A DNA stretch of 64,000 nucleotides, taken from NCBI GenBank assembly GCA_963514005.1, contig OY740805.1, positions 24,118,001 to 24,182,000 on the forward strand, written 5' to 3'. This document shows, one piece after another, positions 49,968 to 61,545 of this stretch. Numbering within the stretch: position 1 is the first letter of the stretch; each line of letters opens with the position of its first letter. The notes under the pieces were generated by a model. That model ran no database searches, had not been told where the DNA came from, and worked only from the letters and a program-made list of their open reading frames with translations. This DNA comes from Raja brachyura. Its lineage: Eukaryota. The position numbers were made by a program, and so were the translations under genes.

Positions 49968-50811
49968 CAGCACTCAATAGCCTACTGGTTGTTTGGAAAA
50001 GGCTATTCCTGAACCTAGATGTTACCGTTTTTAGATCTCTATACCTTCTTGTTCATGGCAGGAGAAAAAATTGAAGCCAGGCCAAGGTGGTATTGGTCCT
50101 TGATGATGCTGGCAGCCTTTTCGAGGCAGTGGTTGCTGTAGATCACTTCAATGGTGGGGTGGTCAACACCGGGCACTATCATTTTGTCTTCTTTGTTCAT
50201 GGACATACAGGAAAACGCAGGATCATGTGCGAGCAGGGGAGTTTAGTTTATTTTGGCTTCATATTCCATGTGGACACTGTGGGTCGAAGGGCCTGTTCCT
50301 GTGCCGTACTCTTCTATGTAAATGTCAACAATGACCGACATAGCCACACCCCATGGAAGAGGATTAAAGGAGACTGCCAGAGAAAATGGCAAATTGTTTC
50401 ATTCACAAGATACGTTTGCAAAAGAGGAAATGTTGTCAAAGGTAAGAAGGGTCTCCACCCGAAACGTCACCCATTCCTTCCATCCAGAGATGCTGCCTGT
50501 TTCGCTGAGTTCCTCCAGCATTTTGCGTCTATCCAATCAAATAAAATGTATGTTCTGCACAGTTTCAACTTGGTCTGAAATATATCGTGCACAAATATTT
50601 TGTAGCTTATAAATGATGGGTGCTGAGTTCCTAAACGATGACCTGATGATGGGTTTCATTTTCAGACCTTCTCCCTCTTGTATAACACATTTGTTTCAGC
50701 CTCCATGGACACAAAAAGGTTGCAATGAACAGTCACATCACTCCCGTCCTGTTCCTTCCTCATTTGAGGGTCTGGTGAAGGAGCGTCATCATCAGAGCAT
50801 GCCTCACACTC

Positions 50812-52788
50812 ACATAGAAACTAGATGCAGAAATAGGCCATTCGGCCCTTTGAGCCAGCACCGCCATTCATTGTGATCATGGCTGATCGTCCGCTATCAA
50901 TAACCCGTGCCTGTCTTCTCCCCGTATCCCTTGATTCCACTAGCCCCTAGAGCTCTATCCAACTCTCTCTTAAATCCATCCAGTGATTTGGCCTCCACTG
51001 CCCTCTGTGGCAGGGAATTCCATAAATTCACAACACTGGGTAAATTTTTTTTTTCTCAGCTCAGTCTCAAATGATCTCCTCTTTATTCTAAGTGTGCCCC
51101 TGGTTCTGGACTCGCCCAACATTGGGAACATTTTTCCTGCATCTAGCTTGTCCAGTCATTTTATCATTTTATATGTTTCTATAAGATCCCCCTCATCCTT
51201 CTAAACTCCAGTGCATACAAGTCTAGTCTTTTCAATCTTTCCTCATAGGACAGTCCCGCCATCCCAGGGATCAATCTCGTGAACCTATGCTGCACTGCCT
51301 CAATAACAAGAATGTCCTTCCTCAAATTAGGAGACCAAAACTGTACACAATACTCCAGATGTGGTCTCACCAGAGCCCTATACAACTGCAGAAGAACCTC
51401 TTTACTCCTGTACTGAAATCCTCTTGTTATGAAGGCCAACATTCCATTAGCTTTCTTCACTGCCTGCTGTACCTGCACGCCGACTTTCAGTGACTGGTGT
51501 ACAAGGACACCCAGGTCTCGCTGTAACTCCCCCTTTCCTAACCTAACCCCATTGAGATAATAATTTGCTCCCTTGTTTTTGCCGCCAAAGTGGATAACCT
51601 CACATTTATCTATATTATACTGCATCTGCCACGCATCTGCCTACTCACTCAACCTATCCAGGTCCCCCTGAAACCTCCTAACATCCTCTTCACAGTTCAC
51701 ACTGCCACCCAGCTTTGTGTCATCCGCAAACTTGCTAGTGTTGCTCCTAATTCCCTCTTCCAAATCATTTATATATATGGTAAACAGTTGTGGCCCCAAT
51801 ACCGATCCTTGCGGCACTCCACTCGCCACTTCCTGCCATTCTGAAAATGACCCGTTCACTCCTACTCTTTGCTTCCGGTCTGCCAACCAATTTTCTATCC
51901 ATGTCAACACCCTACCCCCAATACCATGTGCTCTCATTTTAGTCACCAGTCTCCCGTGCGGGTCCTTATCAAAGGCTTTCTGAAAGTCTAGATACACTAC
52001 ATCCACTGGCACCCCTTCATACATTTTACTTGTCACATCCTCAAAAAATTCCAGATTAGTCAAGCATGATTTCCCTTTCATAAATCCATGTTGACTTGGA
52101 CTAATCCTTTTACTGCTATCCAAATGCTCCATTATTACCTCTTTAATAATTGACCCCAGCATCTTTCCCATCACCGAAGTCAAGCTAACTGGTCTGTAAT
52201 TCCCCACTTTCTCTCTCGCTCCGTTCTTGAAAAGTGGGATAACATTAGCTATGCTCCAATCCACAGGAACTGATCCTGAATCTATTGAACATTGGAAAAT
52301 GATCACCAATGCGTCCACTATTTCTAGAGCCACCTCCCTGAGGACCCTGGGATGCAGAACCATCAGGCCCAGGGGATTTATCATCCTTCAGTCCCATTAT
52401 AGAAAATAGATGCAGGAGTAGGCCCTTCAGCCCATTTAGTATCCCCAATGCCTGCTTTTTCCCCATATCCCTTGATTCCGTCAGCCCTATGAGCTAAATT
52501 TAACTCTCTCTTGAAAACATCCAGTGAATATCCTCCACTGCCTTCTGTGGCAGAGAATTCCAGTCACAACTCTCTGGGTGAAAACATATTTCCTCATCTC
52601 AGTCCTAAATGGCCTACCCCTTATTCTTAAACTGTGACCCCTGGTTCTGGACTCCCCCAACATCAGGAAATTTTTTCCTGCAACTACCCTGTCCAATCCC
52701 TTAAGAATTTTATGTTTCTACAAGATCCCCTCTCGTCCGCCTGAATTCCAGTGAATACAAGCCCAGTCGACCCATTCTTTCATCATCA
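50812..52788 (-). mobile_element. Two adjacent CR1 fragments (50812-52400 RT to tail; 52400-52788 3' end)
   Basis: [43 protein letters not shown]; CR1 3'UTRs. Confidence 0.9.
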
Positions 52789-53299
52789 CCGATTGAATTA
52801 CATGAATGAACAGTCAGTCCCAATATGGTCAGCATGGATAAGATGGACTGAAGGGCCTATTTCCATGCTATACCTATGACTCTTGTGGATCTCCATTGGT
52901 CCTTTTGCCAATCTAAGTCCAGTCTCCATTTTCTTGGAGACACAAGACCTTCTAACCTCTCACCTCTCCTCATGGGTTCTGTTATTACCTAATTTTCCTA
53001 TTAGATTCCAGTATGGGAGCCTTTGTTCCTGGTCATCACCTTTCCGCAAGTCTCCAACATCTGCCATTTCTTTCCTACTCTGACTACCTCCATCTATCAT
53101 CTGCCTGCCTCTGCCTCTCAACACCATCCCTCCCCATCTCCACATGTCATAGAGAGATGCAGCAGGGAAACAGGCCATTCAGCCCATCAGGTCTGTGCCG
53201 ACCAGCAACCATCCATCTACACTATCCCTTCATTAATCTCATTTTTATTCTCTTCACGTTCCTATCAACTCCCCCCCCACATTCTACCACAAGGGGTGA

Positions 53300-53715
53300 T
53301 CATTACAAGGGATGTAATGCTATTGAGCTATATGCTGCTGGTAAGGCCACATTTGGAATATTGTGAGCAATTTTGGGCACCTTATCGGAGTATGGATGTG
53401 CTGGCTCTGGGGAGGGTTCAGCAGAGGTTTACAAGAATGATCACACAAATCAGTGGGTTAACCTATGATGAGCGATTGCCGGCACTGGGCATGTATTCGC
53501 TGGAGTTTCGAAGAATGAGGGGGACCTCATTGAAACATACAAAATAGTGAAAGGCTTAGATATAGAGTGGATGTGGAGAAAATGTTTCCAATAATGGGAG
53601 AGTCTAGGACTAGAGGTCATAGCCTCAGAATTAAAGGACGTTATTTTAGGATGGAGATGTGGAGAAATTTCTTTAGTCAGTGAGTTGTGAATCTGTGGAA
53701 TTCTTTGACACAGAA
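53300..53715 (+). mobile_element. Older CR1 fragment
   Basis: [29 protein letters not shown]. Confidence 0.8.
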
Positions 53716-54444
53716 TAACTATCAGGAGACTCAACAGGATGACAGTGAAATTTGTATGACGATGGGTGGGGGAGATGGAGAGAGAGGGGATCCAAGGGTT
53801 ATTTGAAGTTAGAGAAATCAATATTAATACCGCTGGGTTTTAAGCTGCCTAAGCAAAATATGAAATGTCGTTCCTCCAATTTACATTTGGCCTGACTGAC
53901 AATGGAGGTGGCCCAGGACAGAAAGGTCAGTATGGAAATGGGAACGGGAGTTAAAGTGTTTGGCAACCAGGGGATCACGTTGGCCGATTATGTTGGCTGC
54001 TTTCCCGAGGCAGCGTGGAGTGTTGATGGAGTTGATAAGATGGTGCATCTCCAGACTTTGTTAAATGTCATTGGAGACTTGCTGAATTTCCTCAGCTTTC
54101 TGAGGAAATAGAGGCACTGGTGTGCTTTTTTGGCAAAAACAAAGTGCTCCAATTTCCTCTCACATTTGAAAGACGTGTTGATTGATAGATTAATTGTCCA
54201 TATTAGATCATAAGGTCATAAGTGATAGGAGTAGAATTAGGCCATTTGGTCTATTAAGTCTGCTCCACAATTTAATCATGGCTGATCTATCTCTCCCTCT
54301 TAACCTCTGTGGAGGCCAAGTCAGTGGATATTTTTAAGGCAGAGATATATAGATTCTTGATTAGTACAGGCATCAGAGGCTATGGGGAAGGGCGAGAGAA
54401 TCGGGTAAAGAGGGAGAGATAGATCAGCCATGATTAAATTGTCA

Positions 54445-55632
54445 GCATGGATAAGGGAGAACCAGTGGATCTGTTATATCTGGACTTTCAGATGGCTTTC
54501 GACAAGGTCCCACACAAGAGATTAGTATGCAAACTTAAAGACACGGTATTGGGGGTTCAGTATTGACATGGATAGAGAACTGGCTGGCATACAGGAAGCA
54601 AAGAGTAGGAGTAAACGGGTCCTTTTCAGGATGGCAGGCAGTGACTAGTGGGGTACCGCAAGGCTCAGTGCTGGGACCCCAGCTATTTACAATATATATT
54701 AATGATTTGGACGAGGGAATTGAATGCAACATCTCTAAGTTTGCGGATGACATGAAGCTGGGGGGCAGTGTTAGCTGTGAGGAGGATGCTAGGAGGCTGC
54801 AAGGTGACTTGGATAGGTTGGGTGAGTGGGCAAATGCACGGTAGATGCAGTATAATGTGGATAAATGTGAGGTTGTCCACTTTGGTGGCAAGAACTGGAA
54901 AGTAGACTATTATATGAATGGTGGCCGATTAGGAAAAGGGGAGATGCAACAAGACCTGGGTGTCATGGTACACCAGTCATTGAAAGTAGGCATGAAGGTG
55001 CAGCAGGCAGTGAAAAAAGTGAATGGTATATTAGCATTCATAGCAAAAGGATTTGAGTATAGAAGCAGGGAGGTTCTACTGCAGTTGTACAGAGCCTTGG
55101 TGAGACCACACCTGGAGTATTGCGTACAGTTTTGGCCTCCTAATCTGAGGAAAGACATTCTTGCCATAGGGGGAGTATAGAGAAGGTTCACCAGACTGAT
55201 TCCTGGGATGGCAGGACTTTCATATGAAGAAAGACTGGATAGACTCGGCTTGTACTCACTAGAATTTAGAAGATTGAGGGGGGATCTTATAGAAACTTAC
55301 AAAATTCTTAAGGGGATGGACAGGCTAGGTGCAGGAAGATTATTCCCGATGTTGGGGAAGTCCAGAACAAGGGGTCACAGTGTAAGGATAAGGGGGATGT
55401 CTTTTAGGATCGAGATGATAATTTTTTTTTTTTCACACAGAGAGTGGTGAATCTGTGGAATTCTCTGCCACCGAAAGTAGCTGAGGCCAGTTCATTTGCT
55501 ATATTTAAGAGAGTTAGATGTGGCCCTTGTGGCTAAAGGGATCGGGGGTATGGAGAGAAGGCAGGTATGGGATACTGAGTTGGCTGATCAGCCGTGCTCA
55601 TATTGAATGGCGGTGCAGGCTCGAAGGGCCGA
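54445..55632 (+). mobile_element. CR1 RT-to-3' fragment
   Basis: [34 protein letters not shown]. Confidence 0.9.
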
Positions 55633-56265
55633 AAGATCCATCTTGTTGCGTTTGTCTTCAACATAATCAAAGGCTGCTCGCACCCCGAACATTCTTTCAT
55701 CTCCCCCCTCCCGTCAGGCAGAAAGTGGAAAAGATTGAAAGTACATCTTAGTAAATTCAGGAACAGCTTCTTCTCCACTGCTATCATCCTGTAACGGACC
55801 TCTTATATACTGAGGATGAATTCCAAATCTTCTAATCGATCTCATTGCACCCCTTGCATTATGTTTTAAACTGTACTTTCACTGCAGCTATAACATTATA
55901 TTCTGATCTGTTTATTTTCTATTTTGTCCGACCTGTTGTACTCATGTACAGTATGATTTGCCTGGATAGCATGCATTGTGTGTTGGTACACCAAACAATA
56001 ATAAACCATTACATCCTCCATATTTGACTTTGGATTCCAGTTTCCATGTATGGCATTGACTGGTGCTTAGTGACTGAATAGTAATATATTTGTGGTTTAT
56101 GCACTGGGTTTAAATGCTCACAGTGTGGTGTAAATTTCTGGTAGCTTAGAGGCACCAACCTCACAAAGTAATGGAAATGTTGCTGTTGTTGGTGAGTTTT
56201 ATCTTGTGACATTTAGTTACTGATTGGCCTGGGTGTTTACTATGGTTCTAAAACCTCAATGTTAC

Positions 56266-56438
56266 CGAGGCGGTTTACATTTGAGGTAAATATTCATTTT
56301 CACTACTCCAAAAGCAACGGTATGTTGCCCGATCAGAGAAACAACAGCACATGGTAACTGACCCACACTCCTTCCCTGGAAGCCACACTGCTTCCCCAGA
56401 AACCACACTACTTTGAAGGCTGAAACTCTGACTGCAGT
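56266..56438 (-). pseudogene. Putative exon D of an unidentified multi-exon gene relic
   Basis: cacag|TAVRVSAFKVVWFLGKQCGFQGRSVGQLPCAVVSLIGQHTVAFGVVKMNIYLKCKPP|gtaac; phase 0 to 2, open frame; weak polypyrimidine tract. Confidence 0.5.
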
Positions 56439-56699
56439 CTGTGCAACCACACTTAACACTCTACATAAACCGCTTGCATCTAACCCTGGGCATGCCATTG
56501 TATTCTATTATATCTCTATGCTCAAAACTAATTTCCAATGGGGGGACATCTGTTTACACCTGAGATAGCTCTGGCTGGATGATAAAGAGCATTGAACATG
56601 GAAAAACTTGCATAGCTTACAATCCAAAGGTATGAACATTAATTTTTCTAATTTTAGGCAACCTCTATCATCCCCCCCCTCTTCCCCTTCAAAGTCCAA

Positions 56700-57430
56700 T
56701 GTCCGTAAGGAGGTAGGTTATATTGACACTGTACGCGAGGAACTGTTCAGAAGTCTGATAACTTTAAGTCTGAGGGGAAGAAGCTGTTCCTGAGTCTGGT
56801 GCTACGTGCTTTCAAGCTTCTGTATCTTCTGCCAACCGGAGCAGGTAGAAGAAGGATTGTCCGGGGTCAAAAGGTATTTGGTGATGCTAGCAACTTTCAC
56901 GAGACAGTGTGAAATGAAGTGGTCTGGGCTGCATCATGAATCTTTGTAATTTCTTGCTGTCTTGGGCAGAGCTGTTCCCAAACCAAGCTGTGGTGCAACC
57001 TGATAGTATGCTTTTTACCGTGCATCTTTAGAAGTTTGTAAGAGTCATTGGAGACCTGCCAAATTTCCTTAGTCTCCTGAGAAAGTAAAGACGTTGATGT
57101 GCCATTTTTTGCTGTCGCTTCAATATAGTTAGTCCGTGACAGATTGTGCTAATTTACGCTGAGAAACTTGAAGCTCCTAATCATTTTCACTTCGCACCGC
57201 TGTTGCAGATTGGGGCACGTGCTCCACCATGCTTCTTGAAGTCGATAACTTGCTGACATTGAGGGAAAGGTTGATATTCTGACACCTGAAACCAAGTTCT
57301 CTAACTCCTTCCTGTACTCCGCCTCATCATTGATTGTGAACTGGCCCACCATGGTGGAGTCATCTGCAAACGTGTAGATGGAGTTGAAGCACAATTGATT
57401 TGCGAGTGTGTGGGGAATGTAGTCAGGGAC
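56700..57430 (-). mobile_element. Rex1/Babar- or L2-group LINE fragment
   Basis: SIYTFADDSTMVG..NDEAEYRKELENLV; 3' accagactcaggaacagcttcttccc. Confidence 0.7.
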
Positions 57431-58285
57431 TGAGAATGCAGCCTTGCACATCTTTCCTTACTTGTTGAATTCCATAATCGACAGCCCTTTGTTGCCTCCA
57501 CCGATCAATCCCAATCTATGTCATTATCTCCACCCCTCCCTCCATCTGCCCATCTTTGCCCTCCTCATCTGAATCCACCCACCGCTTGCCAGCTCCAGTT
57601 AAACTACTCCAGCGCACTTCTTTATACTTGCTACCTCCCTTCTACACGCCAAGTCCTGATGCAGAGTCACCACCCAAAAGGTCGACCGTCCCTCTGCCTC
57701 CACAAATGCTGTCTGACCTGCCGCCTTCCTCCATCAGCAGGGTGTTTACTCAAGATCCCAGCATCTTAAGTCTCTTGTCTCTCCACCATAACTACCAGAG
57801 GCTTCAGTTGGGTGCATAGTGGCATAGCTGGTAAATCCATTGCCTCACAGAGACCCTGGTTTGATGCTGAGACCAATGCTGTCTGTGTGGCGCTTGCCTG
57901 TTCTCCCTGTGACCACATAGATTTCCTCAGTTTTCTTTCAACATCATAAAAACGTGCAATTGGTAGACAAACTGAACACTGTAAATTGCCTGTACTGGTG
58001 GTCAGTGGTAGAATCTGGGGACAGTTCGTAAGAATGTGAGGAGAATATTAAAATGGGATCAATATAGCATTAGTGTAAAAGGGTGGTTGATGGTCAGCAT
58101 GGACTATGTGAGCTGAAGGGTCTGTTTCTGATGCTGTACCTCTCTGTGACTTCAAGGTAGGTTTGTGGGGAGTGAAGGAGAGAGGGTCATATTTTGTGCA
58201 TGTGTTGGAGGGAGACGCAGCAGCAGAGTTTGAGTGCCGATGATCCAGAGGCTGCTGATGCAACATATAGGGCTGGTGGACTCAC

Positions 58286-58446
58286 CCATTCAATAATAAA
58301 CAGCACATTGATGTTCAATTTGTGTTCCAGATCAGATGAGAACCTCATTCCATTAAAATTCCTCCATCACAAGATCAGTTTGGGACGCTTGCTTTCACAA
58401 CCTTCACTTCCATTTGCAACTCCCAAGATAATGAAGTGGTCCAAGC
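58286..58446 (-). pseudogene. Putative exon C of the unidentified gene relic
   Basis: tttttccatatacag|(G)LDHFIILGVANGSEGCESKRPKLIL*WRNFNGMRFSSDLEHKLNINVLFIIEW|gtgagt; phase 1 to 0, one TGA. Confidence 0.6.
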
Positions 58447-59192
58447 CTGTATATGGAAAAACGTGAGGAACATTCATGTATGACTCAAAGTAACTCCAGT
58501 GCTGTGCCACCGTGCCGCTCACAAGTGGCAAGAAACATTTTCACTTATCCAACAAGAGGAATATTAACAATTTCTCTAAACATGCAATACACACAAGATA
58601 CTCCATAGTATAGGTGTCTAAAGGTTGAGGAGTTTAGTTCAAAGATATAGCATGGAAATACCCCCATTGGCACACCCTGTTCACTGCGACGTTACCTGTT
58701 CACTCTGAACATTACCTGTTCACGCTAGTTCTGGAGTGAACTTGCAATAGATTCTGAATAAGGGTCCCAATCTGAAACGTCACCTATCCATGTCCTCCAG
58801 AGATGCTGCCTGACCCATTGTGTTAGTCCAGCCCTTTAGATTTTTTTCGTAAACCAGCATCTGCAGTTTGTTGTGTTTACGTAATAGTTCTATGGTATCT
58901 CATTTTCTCATCCACTACCCATACGTTAGGGCATGTTTACAGAGAACAATTAACTTACAAATCCTCATATCTTTGGGACGAGGGAGTAAATCAGTGTACC
59001 CAGAGGAATTTCCACGCATTCACAGGGAAAATGTGCAAACTCCACATAGACAGCACCCAAGATCAGAAACGAAACTGGGTCTTTGGTGCTGTGAGGTAAC
59101 GGCTGTACCCGCTCTGCCATTGCCCTGCCCTGTAATCGTGTGTGCAGTCGGATAGACATGATTGTACTGGAAAGAGTGCAGATGAGATTTAC

Positions 59193-59268
59193 CAGAATGT
59201 CTATACATTTGTGACAGTGATATCCCCAATTCTCATAATAGCAATGAAGATGTCATAGGAGCAAGATT
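59193..59268 (-). pseudogene. Putative exon B of the unidentified gene relic
   Basis: tttctgtgttcttgaag|NLAPMTSSLLL*ELGISLSQMYRHS(G)|gtaaat; phase 0 to 1, one TGA; donor overlaps a CR1-like scrap. Confidence 0.55.
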
Positions 59269-59329
59269 CTTCAAGAACACAGAAATCATGTAGGTCGTAT
59301 CTCAAGTAAGTAGCAATGCTGTATAGCAT

Positions 59330-60583
59330 CAAGCTACTCTTCAACATTTATGTGAGTGTCATGCAAACTACCTCGTCCAGGAAGTTTGCATAAGCAGATG
59401 ACCTTGCCCTTGCCTACCAGGGAGCTGCCCTTGAGGATATCAGCAGAGTGCTAACCCAAAACTTGAAGGGAATGGAGGAGTACACCACCTTCTGGCGACT
59501 TCGCCCTAACCCATCTAAGACAACTCACTGCCTTTCACCTCAGCAACCGGCTCGCCAATGCAAAGCTCCGAGTGTCTTTTGTGGTAAGCCGGTGAAGAAT
59601 TAAGAATTCTCCAAGTACCTCGGAATCACCCTCGATCGCACCCTCACCTATCGTGAACACCTGAAGAGGGTGGCTGATAAACTGAAAGCAAGGGTCAACA
59701 TCATCAGGAAACATGCAGGTAATAGCAGGTAAATCCACTGCACACACCCTCCGCACCGCAAGCTTAGCTGCCGAGTTTTGTTCAACAGCTTGGGCTAATA
59801 GCTGCCACACCAAACAAATTGATACTGTCCTTAACTCTGCAATGCGGGTCACCACAGGGACACTTAAGTCAACACCTTTGCAGTAGCTCCCAGTCCTCTC
59901 TCATTTCGCCCTTCCCAGCATACGCAGATGTTGAAAGATTGGTGCACCATGAAGGCCAATCCTGACCTTCCCATCCATGCTGACGAACAATCTGCCCAAC
60001 ATGCGTCTGAAGTCATGCTTTTGTAGTTACGCCCACAAGCTTAGTAGCATCGCGGCCTACTGCACTCCGCAGTCTGAAGTGAACTCTCTAGTGAGAGCTT
60101 GTAGTTGTTTAGTCTAAATAAACAGTGTATAACCTGACATGGTGTGAGCTCTTTATTATTAGAAGGACTCCAAACCAACAGGCCCGCAAACCCTTCCGGT
60201 CTTCCGTTAAATCCCTGGAAGACTTTGACTCCAAGACCACGTGGCGCAGAGTCTGGAAAGATGCCAACGCCAACGGAGAGGTCATCACAGATCCCACAGT
60301 GAAACCACCTGGCTTAGACCCTCACAAGCAATGGCTAATCCTGAACAGAATCCGCACCCTCCATGCAAGAACAGCCCATCACCTGCATAAGTGGGGAATG
60401 ACTGACAGCCCTGCCTGTGACTGTGAACATCCAGACCAGACCATCCCACACATTTGGAATGACACTGAGGCTTTTCCCTGGTGGCATCAAAGCCATCCAT
60501 CCAGTAGCTGATGCTGTCCTGGCGTGGATGTATACCCATGATCTACAACTTTAGGCTGTGCACGCCATACGCAAGAAGAAGAA
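59330..60583 (+). mobile_element. Vingi/ingi-like LINE 3' part
   Basis: LFNIY..KFA*ADDLALA..WRLRPNPSKT, KYLGITLDRTLTY, LNRIRT..HKWGMTDSPACDC..QTIPHI; ccatacgc(aag)n tail. Confidence 0.75.
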
Positions 60584-60614
60584 GGATGTTGTCTGGGATG
60601 GAATGTTTCAGTAA

Positions 60615-61105
60615 TGAGGCGAGTCTGGGCCCCATATCCGAGGAATGATGTGCTGGCTCTGGAGAGGGTTCAGAGGATGTTAACGAGAATGATCCCAGGA
60701 ATGAGTGGGTTAACATATGATGAGTGTTTGACGGCACTGGGCTTCTATTCACTGGAGTTCCGAAGGATGAGGAGGGACCTCATTGAAACTCTACTCTGCA
60801 TAGAGTGGGTGTGGAGAGAATGTTTCCACTAGTGGGAGAGTTGAGAATCAGAGGTCCTAGCCTCAGAAGTAAAGGACATTCCATTTGGAAGGAGATGAGG
60901 AGGAACTTATGAACATGGGTTCTTTTGTCAGAGGGTGGTGAATCTGTGGATTTCATTGCCATAGAATGAGTGGAGGCCAAGTGAATGGATATTTTTAAGG
61001 CTGCGATAGATAGATTCTTGATTAGTATGCATGTCAGGGGTTATGGGGAGAAGGCAGGAGAATGGAGTTAGGAGGCAGAGATAGATTAGCCATGTTTGAA
61101 TGGGC
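60615..61105 (+). mobile_element. Older CR1 3' fragment
   Basis: WAPY..DVLALERVQR..LGFYSLEFRRMR. Confidence 0.8.
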
Positions 61106-61545
61106 AGTATGGCCTAAATCTGTTCCTATCACTTATGAACATGGGTTTGTTTTCCTTGGAGCTTTGGAGGTGGAGGGGAAGCCTAGCAAATGTAAACAAA
61201 GTAGATAGGATAAATGATCATTTTTATCTTGTGACATATGTTCTCACCATGGAGGTGTCTCCAACTGAAAGACATAGTTTTAGGGTAAGGATTATAATAT
61301 TTTGAGGGATCTGAGAAATAACATTTTCAACCAGAGGGTGGTTGGAATCTAGAACGCATCACCTGAGGCGATGGTACAGATAGAGACATTCACAACATTT
61401 AAGAAGTGTCAAGCTCTTGAATTGCCAAGGCACAACAGACTATGGCACAGGTAAATGGAATTTGTACTGATGGGTACTGTATGGTCGGCATGGACATTGT
61501 GGGCCGAAGATTTCTAAGACTCTATGACAATAGCATTACCCTTAC

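Noticed and set aside
50612-50650. C/D-box snoRNA-like ATGATG...CTGA motifs
   Set aside because: Imperfect C box, too short, no terminal stem
52960-53178. Minus-strand ORF as another exon of the relic gene
   Set aside because: No convincing splice sites; partly overlaps repeat-like sequence
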